From a virus, in IMG/VR virus record IMGVR_UViG_3300009703_002802: a DNA stretch of 64,000 bases, one strand, 5' to 3'. Of the stretch, positions 8,059 through 17,540 are shown piece after piece. Positions within the stretch are counted from its first letter, which is position 1; each line of letters starts with the position of its first letter. The notes under the pieces were generated by a model. That model was not told where the DNA came from, ran no database searches, and was given only the letters and a program-made list of their open reading frames with translations. The translations under genes and the position numbers were made by a program.

Positions 8059-8351
8059 GCAAGAAGAAAAAACATCAAGTGGTGGTATTTGTTACGGAGT
8101 GGTGTCCTCATTGCCAACACATGAAAGAACACACTTGGACTGATCCAAGCGTAATTAAAGCTGTAAAAGCTTATCATACCGGTAAGCCAGCTTTTATAGT
8201 CTGTAACAAGCCACAAAATAGAAAATTTGTTTCAGAGTTTGAGGTAGAGAGATACCCCACAGTTGTGATTATGGATGAAGACCACAACGTGGCAAAAAAA
8301 GCAAATAATATGAGTCCCGAAGACCTAGTTCAATTCTTAGAAGATTTTTAA
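8055..8351 (+). CDS. Thioredoxin-like protein
   Basis: WCPHC active site; RYPT motif. Confidence 0.85.
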   Translation: MSKKKKHQVVVFVTEWCPHCQHMKEHTWTDPSVIKAVKAYHTGKPAFIVCNKPQNRKFVSEFEVERYPTVVIMDEDHNVAKKANNMSPEDLVQFLEDF

Positions 8352-9349
8352 TGTCGCTTAGCAAAAAAAGCAGAATATTAATAACCGGAGGAAAAGGTTT
8401 TCTTGGAACTCACTTAGATGAAGAACTGAGAAATCAAGGTTACGAAAATGTATTCACCGCTTCTGGTGTAAGACAAGGTCTTGATCTTGGTGAGGAAGCA
8501 AATGTCGGGTGGCTATTTGACTTTACTCATCCTGAATACGTCATTCACTTAGCCTCTAGAAATGGAGGCGTAGGAGCAAACTTCAAATATGCTGGAGGAC
8601 TCATGTATGAGAACCTCAATATGAGCATAAAGATAATTGAGGAAGCTAGACAATATAACGTAAAGAGGATAATAAATGTTGCAGACATAGCTTGCTACCC
8701 CTCTAACTCCCCCATACCATATGTTGAAAATGATTTTTGGAATGGGTATCCTCATCTAGTCAAGGCTCACTACGCAATAGCAAAAAGAACAATAACCGAC
8801 ATGCTTTCTGCCTATAGAAAGCAGTTTGGTATGAAGAATACAACTCTTATATTCTCTGATATATACGGGCCGAAAGACGAATTTGACCCTCATGCCGGTA
8901 AAATCATACCATCCGTTTTGACAGAGGCTAGGTTTTCAGTAGAAAACAATGTGCCACAATTTGTCTCTTCCGGAAGTTCAAAATCAACCAGAGACTTTAT
9001 CTACGTTGACGATTGTGTCAAAGCTATATCGCTAGCTCTTGAGAATGAAAACACTCCAGAGTTGATGAATATTGGAAGTGGGGTAGAAACTAAAATAACA
9101 GAGCTGATTAAAAACATTTGTGAGCTGTATGGCTATGAAGGAGATATGATCTGGCAAGAAAAGCCATCACACGGAATAGAAAGAAGATTCTTAGACACTT
9201 CGCGAGCTAAAAAATATCTTGGCTTTGAAGCACAGACAAGTTTAGAGACTGGCATAGCCAAGACTATTAACTGGTACAATACAAACATGAGTTCACCTCA
9301 ACTGTACAGAGCCAAAGATTTGCCGCCAAGCTTACAGGCACTAAGATGA
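8351..9349 (+). CDS. GDP-L-fucose-synthase-like extended SDR (epimerase/reductase)
   Basis: ITGGKGFLG, GGVGAN, YAIAK, IYGPKD. Confidence 0.8.
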   Translation: MSLSKKSRILITGGKGFLGTHLDEELRNQGYENVFTASGVRQGLDLGEEANVGWLFDFTHPEYVIHLASRNGGVGANFKYAGGLMYENLNMSIKIIEEARQYNVKRIINVADIACYPSNSPIPYVENDFWNGYPHLVKAHYAIAKRTITDMLSAYRKQFGMKNTTLIFSDIYGPKDEFDPHAGKIIPSVLTEARFSVENNVPQFVSSGSSKSTRDFIYVDDCVKAISLALENENTPELMNIGSGVETKITELIKNICELYGYEGDMIWQEKPSHGIERRFLDTSRAKKYLGFEAQTSLETGIAKTINWYNTNMSSPQLYRAKDLPPSLQALR

Positions 9350-10203
9350 TAACAACCATAATTATCTCTAGAGATAGACCAGCACAGCTACACCTACTCT
9401 TAGAAAGCTTGAAGATAAATGGCGGCAATCTATTTGACATAACCGTTCTGTACGAATCATCGAGCGATTATTTTGAAGAAGGTTACAAACAAACACAGTA
9501 CCACTTCTCTAAAAAATACAGAAGAGATGTTAGTTTTCCAATTAGGTGGAAGCCTAAAAAACACGAAAACGTAAACGAAGACATTCTTGAACTGTTATCG
9601 AACTCTAGAGAGCTTGTATGTTTTCTTAATGACCAAAACATTTTATTTGACAAGGTTTCTTCATACAGAAAAATAAAAAGTTTATTTACACATCATAGCT
9701 TATCCTCCTTGTCTTTGAGGCTCGGTAACAATACGGTTATACAAAACCCTTACGATGCTTCTTCGTTTCATATAGATAAACCAAAAGAAGGTGACTTTGT
9801 TTTAGATAGATTTCTTGTGTGGGATGCAGCAAAGTTAAAAAGCTACACAAACTTTGCCACACCATTCTCTACCAATGGTCATATATACTATCACAATTTA
9901 ATAAAAAATGTTTTAGAAAGAACTAAGGTTGATGATTTTGAGCAGTTTGAGTTGGTAGTCCAGCAGGCTTTATATAATGGTGCGTTTGTTGGAAGAATAC
10001 CACCGAACATGGCGTGCTTGGAGTATAGTGCTGTTTTGCATAATTCATGTGACAAAGTTTCTGACTACAAAGTAACACGCTATGACAATACCGAATTAGG
10101 AATCAATCACAGGTATATGGATGGAATGAGAATACAATACAATGATTTTGATTTCAAACACGTATCAAAACCATATCAAGATTTTACGGTGTATTTTAAA
10201 TGA
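9346..10203 (+). CDS. Putative GT-A fold glycosyltransferase-like protein
   Basis: N-terminal IIISRDRPAQLHLLLESL typical of phage/giant-virus GT-like proteins. Confidence 0.5.
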   Translation: MITTIIISRDRPAQLHLLLESLKINGGNLFDITVLYESSSDYFEEGYKQTQYHFSKKYRRDVSFPIRWKPKKHENVNEDILELLSNSRELVCFLNDQNILFDKVSSYRKIKSLFTHHSLSSLSLRLGNNTVIQNPYDASSFHIDKPKEGDFVLDRFLVWDAAKLKSYTNFATPFSTNGHIYYHNLIKNVLERTKVDDFEQFELVVQQALYNGAFVGRIPPNMACLEYSAVLHNSCDKVSDYKVTRYDNTELGINHRYMDGMRIQYNDFDFKHVSKPYQDFTVYFK

Positions 10204-11171
10204 AAATTATATGCACAACAGTCGTTAGGGCTGCAAAACAAGGCGACATTCATGGCGGCTTATACGTTGTTGATGTTGATACAGAGGAGGTTGTTCACCA
10301 TGAGCCTTATCAAAAAGATTTTATCAATGATAATGAACGTGGAGGAGAAAGAGGTCTGCGTGGCATTTGCGTTCTTCCTGATCGCATTATCGTTTCTGAT
10401 TCTGCCGGTTTTATTGAGTTAAATAAGAACGACTACTCCATAGTAAAGTCACACCAAGACCCGACAGCGTTTAAATCTATTCATGAAATATGCTATCACG
10501 ATGGTTTCATATGGGCTACATCAACAGCTTATGACGCTATAGTAAAAGTTGATTTAGATTTTAACCTGCATGGGTTCTGGGAAATAAAAGGGAAGAGTTT
10601 ACCAGACCACAAAGCTTTTACAGGTAAAGAAAAGATAGATCCCAAAGATCGTTCTCATGATGACAACTATCATATAAATTCAATATGCACACACGATGGA
10701 GAACTTCTTTTTTCGGGGCTGATAACAGGTTTGTACAATTTTGAAGATGTTAAAGCTGTAACGCCTATGCCCTACATATCAGGCAATATACTACAAGAGA
10801 TGGGCATAGCTTCTCCAAGTATGAGAGTTACAAAAGCTGCAAGCTTTATACATAACTTTTATGAATATGAAGATATGTTTGTTGCTAACTTTACAAGCTT
10901 TAGTTGTTTAGGTATAGCTAACAAGCAAATGGGAGGAGTTGTATTCGATGTAGCTCCTATACCAAGAGCTAAGAAAGCAAAATTTTGTGTTGACGAAATA
11001 GCAGTAAACAACTGGAACAGAGGTCTTGCAAGGCATGACAACCTATTGTTTGTAGGTTCTTCTCCTGCTAGAATACTTGTTTATGATTTGAACAAGGCTG
11101 AGTTCATTAAGGAAATACAACTAGAGGAAGACATAAGACATGCGATACATGGACTGGAGGTTTTAGGATGA
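10200..11171 (+). CDS. Beta-propeller protein (TIGR03032/DUF4915-like)
   Basis: GLRGI, SIHEI, YHINSI and WNRGLA...LFVGSS blade motifs. Confidence 0.55.
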   Translation: MKIICTTVVRAAKQGDIHGGLYVVDVDTEEVVHHEPYQKDFINDNERGGERGLRGICVLPDRIIVSDSAGFIELNKNDYSIVKSHQDPTAFKSIHEICYHDGFIWATSTAYDAIVKVDLDFNLHGFWEIKGKSLPDHKAFTGKEKIDPKDRSHDDNYHINSICTHDGELLFSGLITGLYNFEDVKAVTPMPYISGNILQEMGIASPSMRVTKAASFIHNFYEYEDMFVANFTSFSCLGIANKQMGGVVFDVAPIPRAKKAKFCVDEIAVNNWNRGLARHDNLLFVGSSPARILVYDLNKAEFIKEIQLEEDIRHAIHGLEVLG

Positions 11172-11383
11172 CGTTCAACGAGGATCTCGCCGTAAAAAAC
11201 GGTGCTGAAAAAATGAAAATTTCTGACGACAGGTCGGCGTGGGTGTTGCCAGAAAACGAATCGTTTCGTAAAATGATAGCCTACGCCCAAAACGAAAGGT
11301 GGATTTGGATTCATCCGCAATATAAACATGGGCAAGACGATAAGAAGAAAAAGCAAAAAAGACAAGAAACGTCTGAAGCGTGA
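11168..11383 (+). CDS. Small hypothetical protein
   Basis: Coupled at both ends (ATGA/GTGA). Confidence 0.55.
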   Translation: MTFNEDLAVKNGAEKMKISDDRSAWVLPENESFRKMIAYAQNERWIWIHPQYKHGQDDKKKKQKRQETSEA

Positions 11384-11904
11384 ACGAAGAACAAGAACAA
11401 AAAAACGCGATGACTCGTCCAACTTGGGATGAGTATTTTATAAATTTTGCACAATTAACAGCAACCAGAAGCCCCGACTCTCAAACGAAAGTTGGATGCG
11501 TCTTGGTTCATAAGAATAGGGTAATCAGTGCTGGTTACAACGGATTTTGTACCGGCGTGATTGACGACGACCTTCCTACGGTTAGGCCGGACAAATACCC
11601 CTTCATGGTTCATGCTGAACAAAATGCAATAAGCAATATGATAATAAGGCCGAAAAAGAAGGTGATAGCTTATGTTACGCACATGCCTTGTTACAGGTGT
11701 GCTAAACTGCTTTGGCAAAATAATATAAAAACTTGGAAAATTTTAGCTGGACAAAAAGCACATAGTTATTCCGAGGAAGATAAGCTAATACACAACCATC
11801 TGTTTGAAAATGGACTTAAGATAGACTGGATTACCCCAAGATGGTCTTACTTGAACGATCTTGTGGTAGACAAAAAAAATGATAAGCAGCTATCGCTTTT
11901 CTAG
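11380..11904 (+). CDS. dCMP deaminase
   Basis: HAEQNA and PCYRC zinc motifs; KVGCVLV...GYNG; ends in QLSLF. Confidence 0.9.
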   Translation: MNEEQEQKNAMTRPTWDEYFINFAQLTATRSPDSQTKVGCVLVHKNRVISAGYNGFCTGVIDDDLPTVRPDKYPFMVHAEQNAISNMIIRPKKKVIAYVTHMPCYRCAKLLWQNNIKTWKILAGQKAHSYSEEDKLIHNHLFENGLKIDWITPRWSYLNDLVVDKKNDKQLSLF

Positions 11905-11912
11905 TGTATAAT
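11904..11912 (+). promoter_or_regulatory. GTGTATAAT motif (copy 3)
   Basis: Begins at the last base of the deaminase stop and precedes the RNR leader. Confidence 0.55.
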
Positions 11913-11920
11913 AAAATGTC

Positions 11921-12060
11921 GGGGCTTAAAGAGTTAGCATAAAGACTGAACTAAAGTAACACCTCCTCGATGTGCAATAAGCCCTAAGCGCTTAGTTTAA
12001 CCTTGTGATTTTTTAACCTAGACAAACCGCTTAGGTTTTAGGTGTTACTTTTTTACGGAG
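11921..12060 (+). promoter_or_regulatory. Structured 5' leader of the RNR gene
   Basis: Perfect 12-bp (11953-64/12040-51), 8-bp (11983-90/12028-35) and 7-bp (11922-28/11978-84) complementarities. Confidence 0.5.
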
Positions 12061-12066
12061 CCACAT

Positions 12067-14268
12067 ATGTCTGTTCGAGAACTTTCTGATTATACTTTTG
12101 TAGCAAAATATGCAAGATGGATACCGGAAAAGAAAAGAAGAGAAACTTGGGAAGAAGCTGTTAGCCGAGTAAAAGAAATGATGCTTGACAAGTATTTCGA
12201 CAAGCCAGAAATACATGAAGACATTGAGTGGGCTTATGAGATGATGCGAAAGAAGCGCGTTCTTGGATCTCAAAGAGCCTTACAGTTTGGTGGAAAACCA
12301 ATCTTTAAACACAACGCAAGAATCTATAACTGCATCACCTCTTTTTGTGATCGACTGCGTTTCTTTCAAGAATGTATGTATCTTTTATTGTGCGGTTGTG
12401 GTACTGGGTTTTCTGTGCAGAGACATCACGTAGAAAAACTACCACCCCTAGTCAGAAATAAAAGTGGCACTAAAAAGTTTGTCATACCAGATACCATTGA
12501 AGGATGGTCAGACGCTGTTGGCGTTTTGGTGGCTAGCTATTTTGATCAAGATGAACTGTTTCCAGAATACGTAGGCAAAAGCGTAAACTTTGATTACTCT
12601 GAAATTAGACCAGCTGGATCTTTCTTAAACTCTAGCGGCGGTAAAGCTCCCGGCCCAGAACCCCTAAAAAACGCCCTGTCTAGCATTAGAAAAATTTTAG
12701 ACAAGGCACTTAAAGAGTTAGAGTTCTGTGACAAGTCAATAAGAGATCTCACTCCAATTCAAGCTTACGACATAGTTATGCATAGTGCTGACGCTGTTAT
12801 TTCTGGCGGCGTTCGTAGAAGTGCTACTATATGTTTATTTAGCGCAGATGATGAGGAGATGGCAAAAGCTAAGACCGGATCTTGGTTTGTGGAGAACCCA
12901 CAAAGAGGACGTTCTAATAATTCAGCATTATTACTAAGAGATAAAACAACAGCCGAGCAGTTTTCAAAACTGATGAAGTCAGTACAAGAGTTTGGAGAAC
13001 CCGGTTTTGTATGGTCTGACTCTACCGAGTTAATAGTTAATCCATGTGTTGAGATTGGAATGTGGCCTGTGGACGAAACAACCGGCAAAAGCGGTTGGCA
13101 GGCTTGCAACCTAAGCACAATTAACTGCGCTAAGATAAAAACAGAGGAAGACTTCCTTGAAGCCTGTAAAGCCGCTTCTATAATCGGTTCTCTTCAGGCT
13201 GGGTTTGCAAGATTCCCCTATCTCGGCAAGACAAGCGAGAATATTGTTAGTAGAGAAGCACTACTCGGCGTTTCCATGACAGGTATAATGGAGAAGCATG
13301 AGATATGCTTAGATCCTGACACGCAGAAACAAGGGGCTAAAGTAGTTAAAGATGAAAACAAAAGAGTCGCTAAGATCATTGGAACCAATCAAGCCGCTAG
13401 AACTACTTGTATTAAGCCTGAAGGTACTAGCAGTTGTGTTCTTGGTACTTCCTCTGGTATCCATCCGCATCATGCTAAGCGTTATATACGAAGGGTTCAA
13501 GCGAATAAGATGGAACCCATTTACAACTACTTTAGAGAAGTAAACCCAAGAGCCTGTGAAGAGTCCGTATGGTCTAACAATGATAGCGATGATGTAGTTG
13601 CATTTTGCGTAGAAGTTCCTGCGGGGTCTAAGACTAAGAATCAAGTTGGCGCTATAGATCTCCTAACACATGTAAAAAGCACACAGCAAAGCTGGGTAAT
13701 TCCCGGCACTAATAAATCCCTGTGTACCAAGCCTTGGCTTGTACACAATGTTTCTAATACGATTAATGTAAAACCAGATGAATGGGAAGAAGTAGAAAAG
13801 TTTATTTATAAAAACAGGAAATACTTCTGTGGTATATCTTTGTTGCCAATTACTGGAGACAAGGACTATCCCCAAGCGCCATTCACCGCAATCTACCTAC
13901 CAACAGAACAGGTTCGTCACTACGGAGACGCATCTTTGTTTGTCAGCGGACTTATAGAGGTCGCTCTCAACTTATGGGAAGACAATCTATGGTCGGCCTG
14001 CGATTCACTTCTAGGTGTCGGAGCTAAGATAAAAGGCAATGGCAAAAAAGAGTGGTCTGACAGATGTAAGAAGTTTGCGGATAGATATTTTGAAGGAGAC
14101 CTAAGAAAGCTTACCTATTGCATGAAAGATGTCTACAACTGGAAAGAGTGGGTAGACTTAAATAGGGAGTTTACTAAGGTTGACTATACGGAAGTTATAG
14201 AGGAAGAAAACAACGTCAAACCTGAACAGGAATGGGCTTGCGCTGGCGGAAAGTGTGATATTATTTAG
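12067..14268 (+). CDS. nrdJ: Class II (adenosylcobalamin-dependent) ribonucleotide reductase, monomeric RTPR-like
   Basis: YNC, GTGFS, GGVRRSA, NPCVEI, ACNL, TCIKPEGT and C-terminal CAGGKC; no beta subunit adjacent. Confidence 0.85.
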   Translation: MSVRELSDYTFVAKYARWIPEKKRRETWEEAVSRVKEMMLDKYFDKPEIHEDIEWAYEMMRKKRVLGSQRALQFGGKPIFKHNARIYNCITSFCDRLRFFQECMYLLLCGCGTGFSVQRHHVEKLPPLVRNKSGTKKFVIPDTIEGWSDAVGVLVASYFDQDELFPEYVGKSVNFDYSEIRPAGSFLNSSGGKAPGPEPLKNALSSIRKILDKALKELEFCDKSIRDLTPIQAYDIVMHSADAVISGGVRRSATICLFSADDEEMAKAKTGSWFVENPQRGRSNNSALLLRDKTTAEQFSKLMKSVQEFGEPGFVWSDSTELIVNPCVEIGMWPVDETTGKSGWQACNLSTINCAKIKTEEDFLEACKAASIIGSLQAGFARFPYLGKTSENIVSREALLGVSMTGIMEKHEICLDPDTQKQGAKVVKDENKRVAKIIGTNQAARTTCIKPEGTSSCVLGTSSGIHPHHAKRYIRRVQANKMEPIYNYFREVNPRACEESVWSNNDSDDVVAFCVEVPAGSKTKNQVGAIDLLTHVKSTQQSWVIPGTNKSLCTKPWLVHNVSNTINVKPDEWEEVEKFIYKNRKYFCGISLLPITGDKDYPQAPFTAIYLPTEQVRHYGDASLFVSGLIEVALNLWEDNLWSACDSLLGVGAKIKGNGKKEWSDRCKKFADRYFEGDLRKLTYCMKDVYNWKEWVDLNREFTKVDYTEVIEEENNVKPEQEWACAGGKCDII

Positions 14269-14276
14269 GACTAAAA

Positions 14277-14708
14277 ATGACTAATTATAATTTTTTTGAG
14301 ACCAAAAAACTCTACGAATCAGCAAAGAGTCCCACCAAAGGTCATCTAGATGATGCTGGTTGGGACTTGTACGCTTTTGAAACTGTCAGCATACCGGCGG
14401 GAGCCACTGTTTTAGCTTCCACAGGCATTGCAATAGCCATACCTAAAGGTCACTCAGGGTTAATCTGGGATAGATCTTCTATGGGTGTTAAAGGTGTTCA
14501 TAGACATGCTGGCGTTATAGACTGTGGATATAGAGGCGAAGTAAAAGTTTGTCTGCACAATACCACAAAAGAACCATTCCATGTAGAAAAAGGTGATAGA
14601 ATAGCTCAGCTTATCATACAGGAAGTTCCACATTTTGTACAGCACGTAGTAGAAGAATTAGACTCTACAGACAGGGGTTCCGGAGGCTTTGGCTCTACAG
14701 GTAAATAA
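14277..14708 (+). CDS. dut: Trimeric dUTPase
   Basis: DAGWDL, RSSMG, GVIDCGYRGE, DRIAQL, RGSGGFGSTG. Confidence 0.95.
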   Translation: MTNYNFFETKKLYESAKSPTKGHLDDAGWDLYAFETVSIPAGATVLASTGIAIAIPKGHSGLIWDRSSMGVKGVHRHAGVIDCGYRGEVKVCLHNTTKEPFHVEKGDRIAQLIIQEVPHFVQHVVEELDSTDRGSGGFGSTGK

Positions 14709-14710
14709 AA

Positions 14711-15382
14711 ATGCCCAGAAGAAAAAAACCAGAAGCAGGACAACCAACTAAAAGAAGGAAAGCTTTAAAACCTAAAACCAAAAATCAGGAAGGTTACATC
14801 AGAACTATATCAGAAAACGATGTGACTTTCTGCACCGGCCCAGCAGGTACAGGAAAAACAGCAGTAGCTGTTGGCTTGGCTTGCGATTATTTGTTAGATA
14901 AAAGGGTTGAGAAGATAATTGTAACTAGACCTGTAATTGAAAGTGGTAGGGGTTTAGGTTTCCTGCCCGGAACTTTTGAAGAAAAAATACATCCTTATCT
15001 TGTGCCTGTACTGGAAGAGATGCAGTACAGGTTAAATAGCAATAGAGTTCAAGCATACAGAGAAGAAGGCAAGATAGAAGTAGTGCCTTTAGAATATATG
15101 AGAGGGCGAAATTTCCATAATTGCTTTATGATATTAGATGAAGCCCAGAACGCCACCTTTGAACAATTAAAAATGTTTATAACGAGAATCGGCTGGGATT
15201 CAAAAGCTGTCATCAACGGAGACATTGAGCAAACAGACCTTCTAAAAAAAGACCGAGGCGGTCTTGAGGAGTTCCTTGAGCGTCTTGATGGCGTTGACGG
15301 TGTTGGTATTTCCGAACTTACGGAAGAAGATATTGTCAGAAATAGTATTATCTCAAAAATTCTTAAAGCACTGTACGATTAA
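14711..15382 (+). CDS. phoH: PhoH-family ATPase
   Basis: GPAGTGKT, LGFLPG, YMRGRNF, LDEAQN, NGDIEQTD, DIVRNS. Confidence 0.95.
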   Translation: MPRRKKPEAGQPTKRRKALKPKTKNQEGYIRTISENDVTFCTGPAGTGKTAVAVGLACDYLLDKRVEKIIVTRPVIESGRGLGFLPGTFEEKIHPYLVPVLEEMQYRLNSNRVQAYREEGKIEVVPLEYMRGRNFHNCFMILDEAQNATFEQLKMFITRIGWDSKAVINGDIEQTDLLKKDRGGLEEFLERLDGVDGVGISELTEEDIVRNSIISKILKALYD

Positions 15383-15383
15383 C

Positions 15384-15737
15384 ATGCCAACATATGATTA
15401 TCAATGTAACACCTGTGGAATTGAGTTTGAACAATTTCACGGCTTCAAAGAGGAACCTTCTCCCTGTAAATGCGGAAGTTCAGATATAAAAATTGTTATC
15501 AACCAACCTCCCATTGGCTTCGTAAAAGGAGAAGCCAAAACTCTTGGGCAACTTGCCGAGAAAAATACCAAAAAGATGGGGCGTTACGAACTTGACGACA
15601 GAAGAGCTTATCAAAATGCCGAGAAGAAAGAAAAGAAAAAGGACTGGTGGGAAAAGTCTGGGGATGCCAGCAAATCCGATATAAACAAAATGAGCAAGTC
15701 CCAAAAAGCAAAATATATTAGAGACGGGAAAAAGTAA
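15384..15737 (+). CDS. FmdB-family zinc-ribbon protein
   Basis: True start ATG 15384: MPTYDYQCNTCG...CKCGS. Confidence 0.8.
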   Translation: MPTYDYQCNTCGIEFEQFHGFKEEPSPCKCGSSDIKIVINQPPIGFVKGEAKTLGQLAEKNTKKMGRYELDDRRAYQNAEKKEKKKDWWEKSGDASKSDINKMSKSQKAKYIRDGKK

Positions 15738-16039
15738 TGGAATTTAAGAAGTATGTAGAAAAAGCTAAAGGCGAATTTGTAGTTGTAAAATGCGCTGACT
15801 GTGATAGACCATTACTAAATATCATCAAGACAGAAGATACAGATGACAAGCATTTCATAAAAGTTCATTGCGTAAATAAGAGATGTACCCCGAAAGAAAC
15901 CAGAGGTGAGAGCTGGGTTCATGAAATTAATGGATCTTTTATATATGCAACAATAAAAGAAAGAGATATAATAGAGTCGATGGAAGAAGACGAGGACGGT
16001 GTAATGAATATACATATGGGGAAAAAGAAAAATGGATAG
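15737..16039 (+). CDS. Hypothetical protein with CxxC motifs
   Basis: TAATG-coupled; CADC and CVNKRC. Confidence 0.65.
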   Translation: MEFKKYVEKAKGEFVVVKCADCDRPLLNIIKTEDTDDKHFIKVHCVNKRCTPKETRGESWVHEINGSFIYATIKERDIIESMEEDEDGVMNIHMGKKKNG

Positions 16040-16343
16040 TGAATTTTTTCAAGAAGAAAAGTTTGATTACACCTACTACGGATCTGACGGATCGGAATCT
16101 CAGGAAGACGGACGTAATTCATGCGCATATCTAGTAAAAAGCGATAAGGTGCAAAATTATTATGTTAAGTTTTTCAGGGGTAGGGTCATAGACCCTTACG
16201 GTATGGATTCTGGAAAAATCAAGTCAGACATGGCAGAGTATAAAAAAGTTCAAAAGGATACATTTAATTTTTACGTTAAGTATCTAGAAACTAGAAAATC
16301 GAGCTATTTATCTTGGGCAGAACGGAGCCATATTGATGTCTAA
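16032..16343 (+). CDS. Hypothetical protein
   Basis: Coupled ORF in operon. Confidence 0.7.
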   Translation: MDSEFFQEEKFDYTYYGSDGSESQEDGRNSCAYLVKSDKVQNYYVKFFRGRVIDPYGMDSGKIKSDMAEYKKVQKDTFNFYVKYLETRKSSYLSWAERSHIDV

Positions 16344-16665
16344 AAGAAAAACAGGAAAGCTAACTAAGGTAGAAAAATTCTACATTGAGAACAATACAGA
16401 AAAGTCTGTAGAAGAAATAGCTAAAGACCTAAACAGAACCGAGAATGCTGTAAAGAAACATATTGGCGAGTCTACAGACACAGGGCATGTCGATACAGCT
16501 CAGGACGAAAAATCTACGGTTGGAGAGCTTATGGGTCACAAGGAAGATCGTGGAGTTACAATCATGACACCAGCCGCATCTGAATTAGCCGATGAAACCA
16601 GATCAACGAGAGTTCAGAACACATCAAGATATAGTGATGCAATTCATATAATCAAAGACAAGTAA
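16336..16665 (+). CDS. Hypothetical protein with N-terminal HTH
   Basis: SVEEIAKDLNRTENAVKKHI. Confidence 0.65.
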   Translation: MSKRKTGKLTKVEKFYIENNTEKSVEEIAKDLNRTENAVKKHIGESTDTGHVDTAQDEKSTVGELMGHKEDRGVTIMTPAASELADETRSTRVQNTSRYSDAIHIIKDK

Positions 16666-16666
16666 T

Positions 16667-17170
16667 ATGAACCTATCGGACATACCAGATCGTGAATACA
16701 ATGTAGCCAAACAATTAGATTCTTACGTCAATCAGTACGGTGACAAGAATCCAATGTGGATAGCCGAACTTTCAAACGGCGAAACTATCTACCAAGATGA
16801 CGGCAGACCTAACGCAGTTCCAGAGAGCGCTTGGGCTAGGCTAAAGATCTATTGTGAAAACAAGGGTCTGTATGTCACAAACCTAAAAATTAAAAATAGA
16901 TCCAACGCAAAAGATGTTCCCGCCAACAAAGATGGGTACTTCTTTTGTAAATGTGCGTCAGCTTTTATGTTTGGTGGCGATACACTACACTCATTTATAG
17001 TTGGATATTTGGATGACGGCAGGCTGTTTGTTAGAAAATGGTCTATGCCGGAAATGACTTTAGAAAGAGTTGAAGAACGAGATCCCTTCGCAAACCCTGA
17101 CTGTTTGATAGCGAAGGACGGAGCATTGAATGGACAATTACAAACACAAAACGACGGGTCAACCGTGTAA
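16667..17170 (+). CDS. Hypothetical protein
   Basis: 167-aa ORF in operon. Confidence 0.7.
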   Translation: MNLSDIPDREYNVAKQLDSYVNQYGDKNPMWIAELSNGETIYQDDGRPNAVPESAWARLKIYCENKGLYVTNLKIKNRSNAKDVPANKDGYFFCKCASAFMFGGDTLHSFIVGYLDDGRLFVRKWSMPEMTLERVEERDPFANPDCLIAKDGALNGQLQTQNDGSTV

Positions 17171-17540
17171 TGCCGCTGAATACATAGCGGAAATGGTTTG
17201 CTTGAGAAAAGCTGAATCGCAAAATGTCGGACGGCCAGCTTACGCATTATGGAATACGGCCAAGTGGAAAAAAGAATTCCAAAGCCAGATAACTAAAGCC
17301 TATCAACTTCTAAAAAAATATACCGACAAGGCCATAATCTCAGCGCTAAACTCCCCAAAAGGAAAAGGCATATATTCCTTGAGGGTGAAAAATCTAGAAC
17401 CTCTTGTAAAACAATCCCAAAAACGGTTGGATAAAATTAATCCCGACGTGATAGAATATACAGACAATACAAAAGCAAGACCTTCCAAACCTTACGGTCG
17501 AGAAAGTAAAATCAGCAAACTTAGGAAGTTAGATGGCTAA
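17130..17540 (+). CDS. Hypothetical basic protein
   Basis: 136-aa ORF coupled to recA. Confidence 0.7.
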   Translation: MDNYKHKTTGQPCNAAEYIAEMVCLRKAESQNVGRPAYALWNTAKWKKEFQSQITKAYQLLKKYTDKAIISALNSPKGKGIYSLRVKNLEPLVKQSQKRLDKINPDVIEYTDNTKARPSKPYGRESKISKLRKLDG

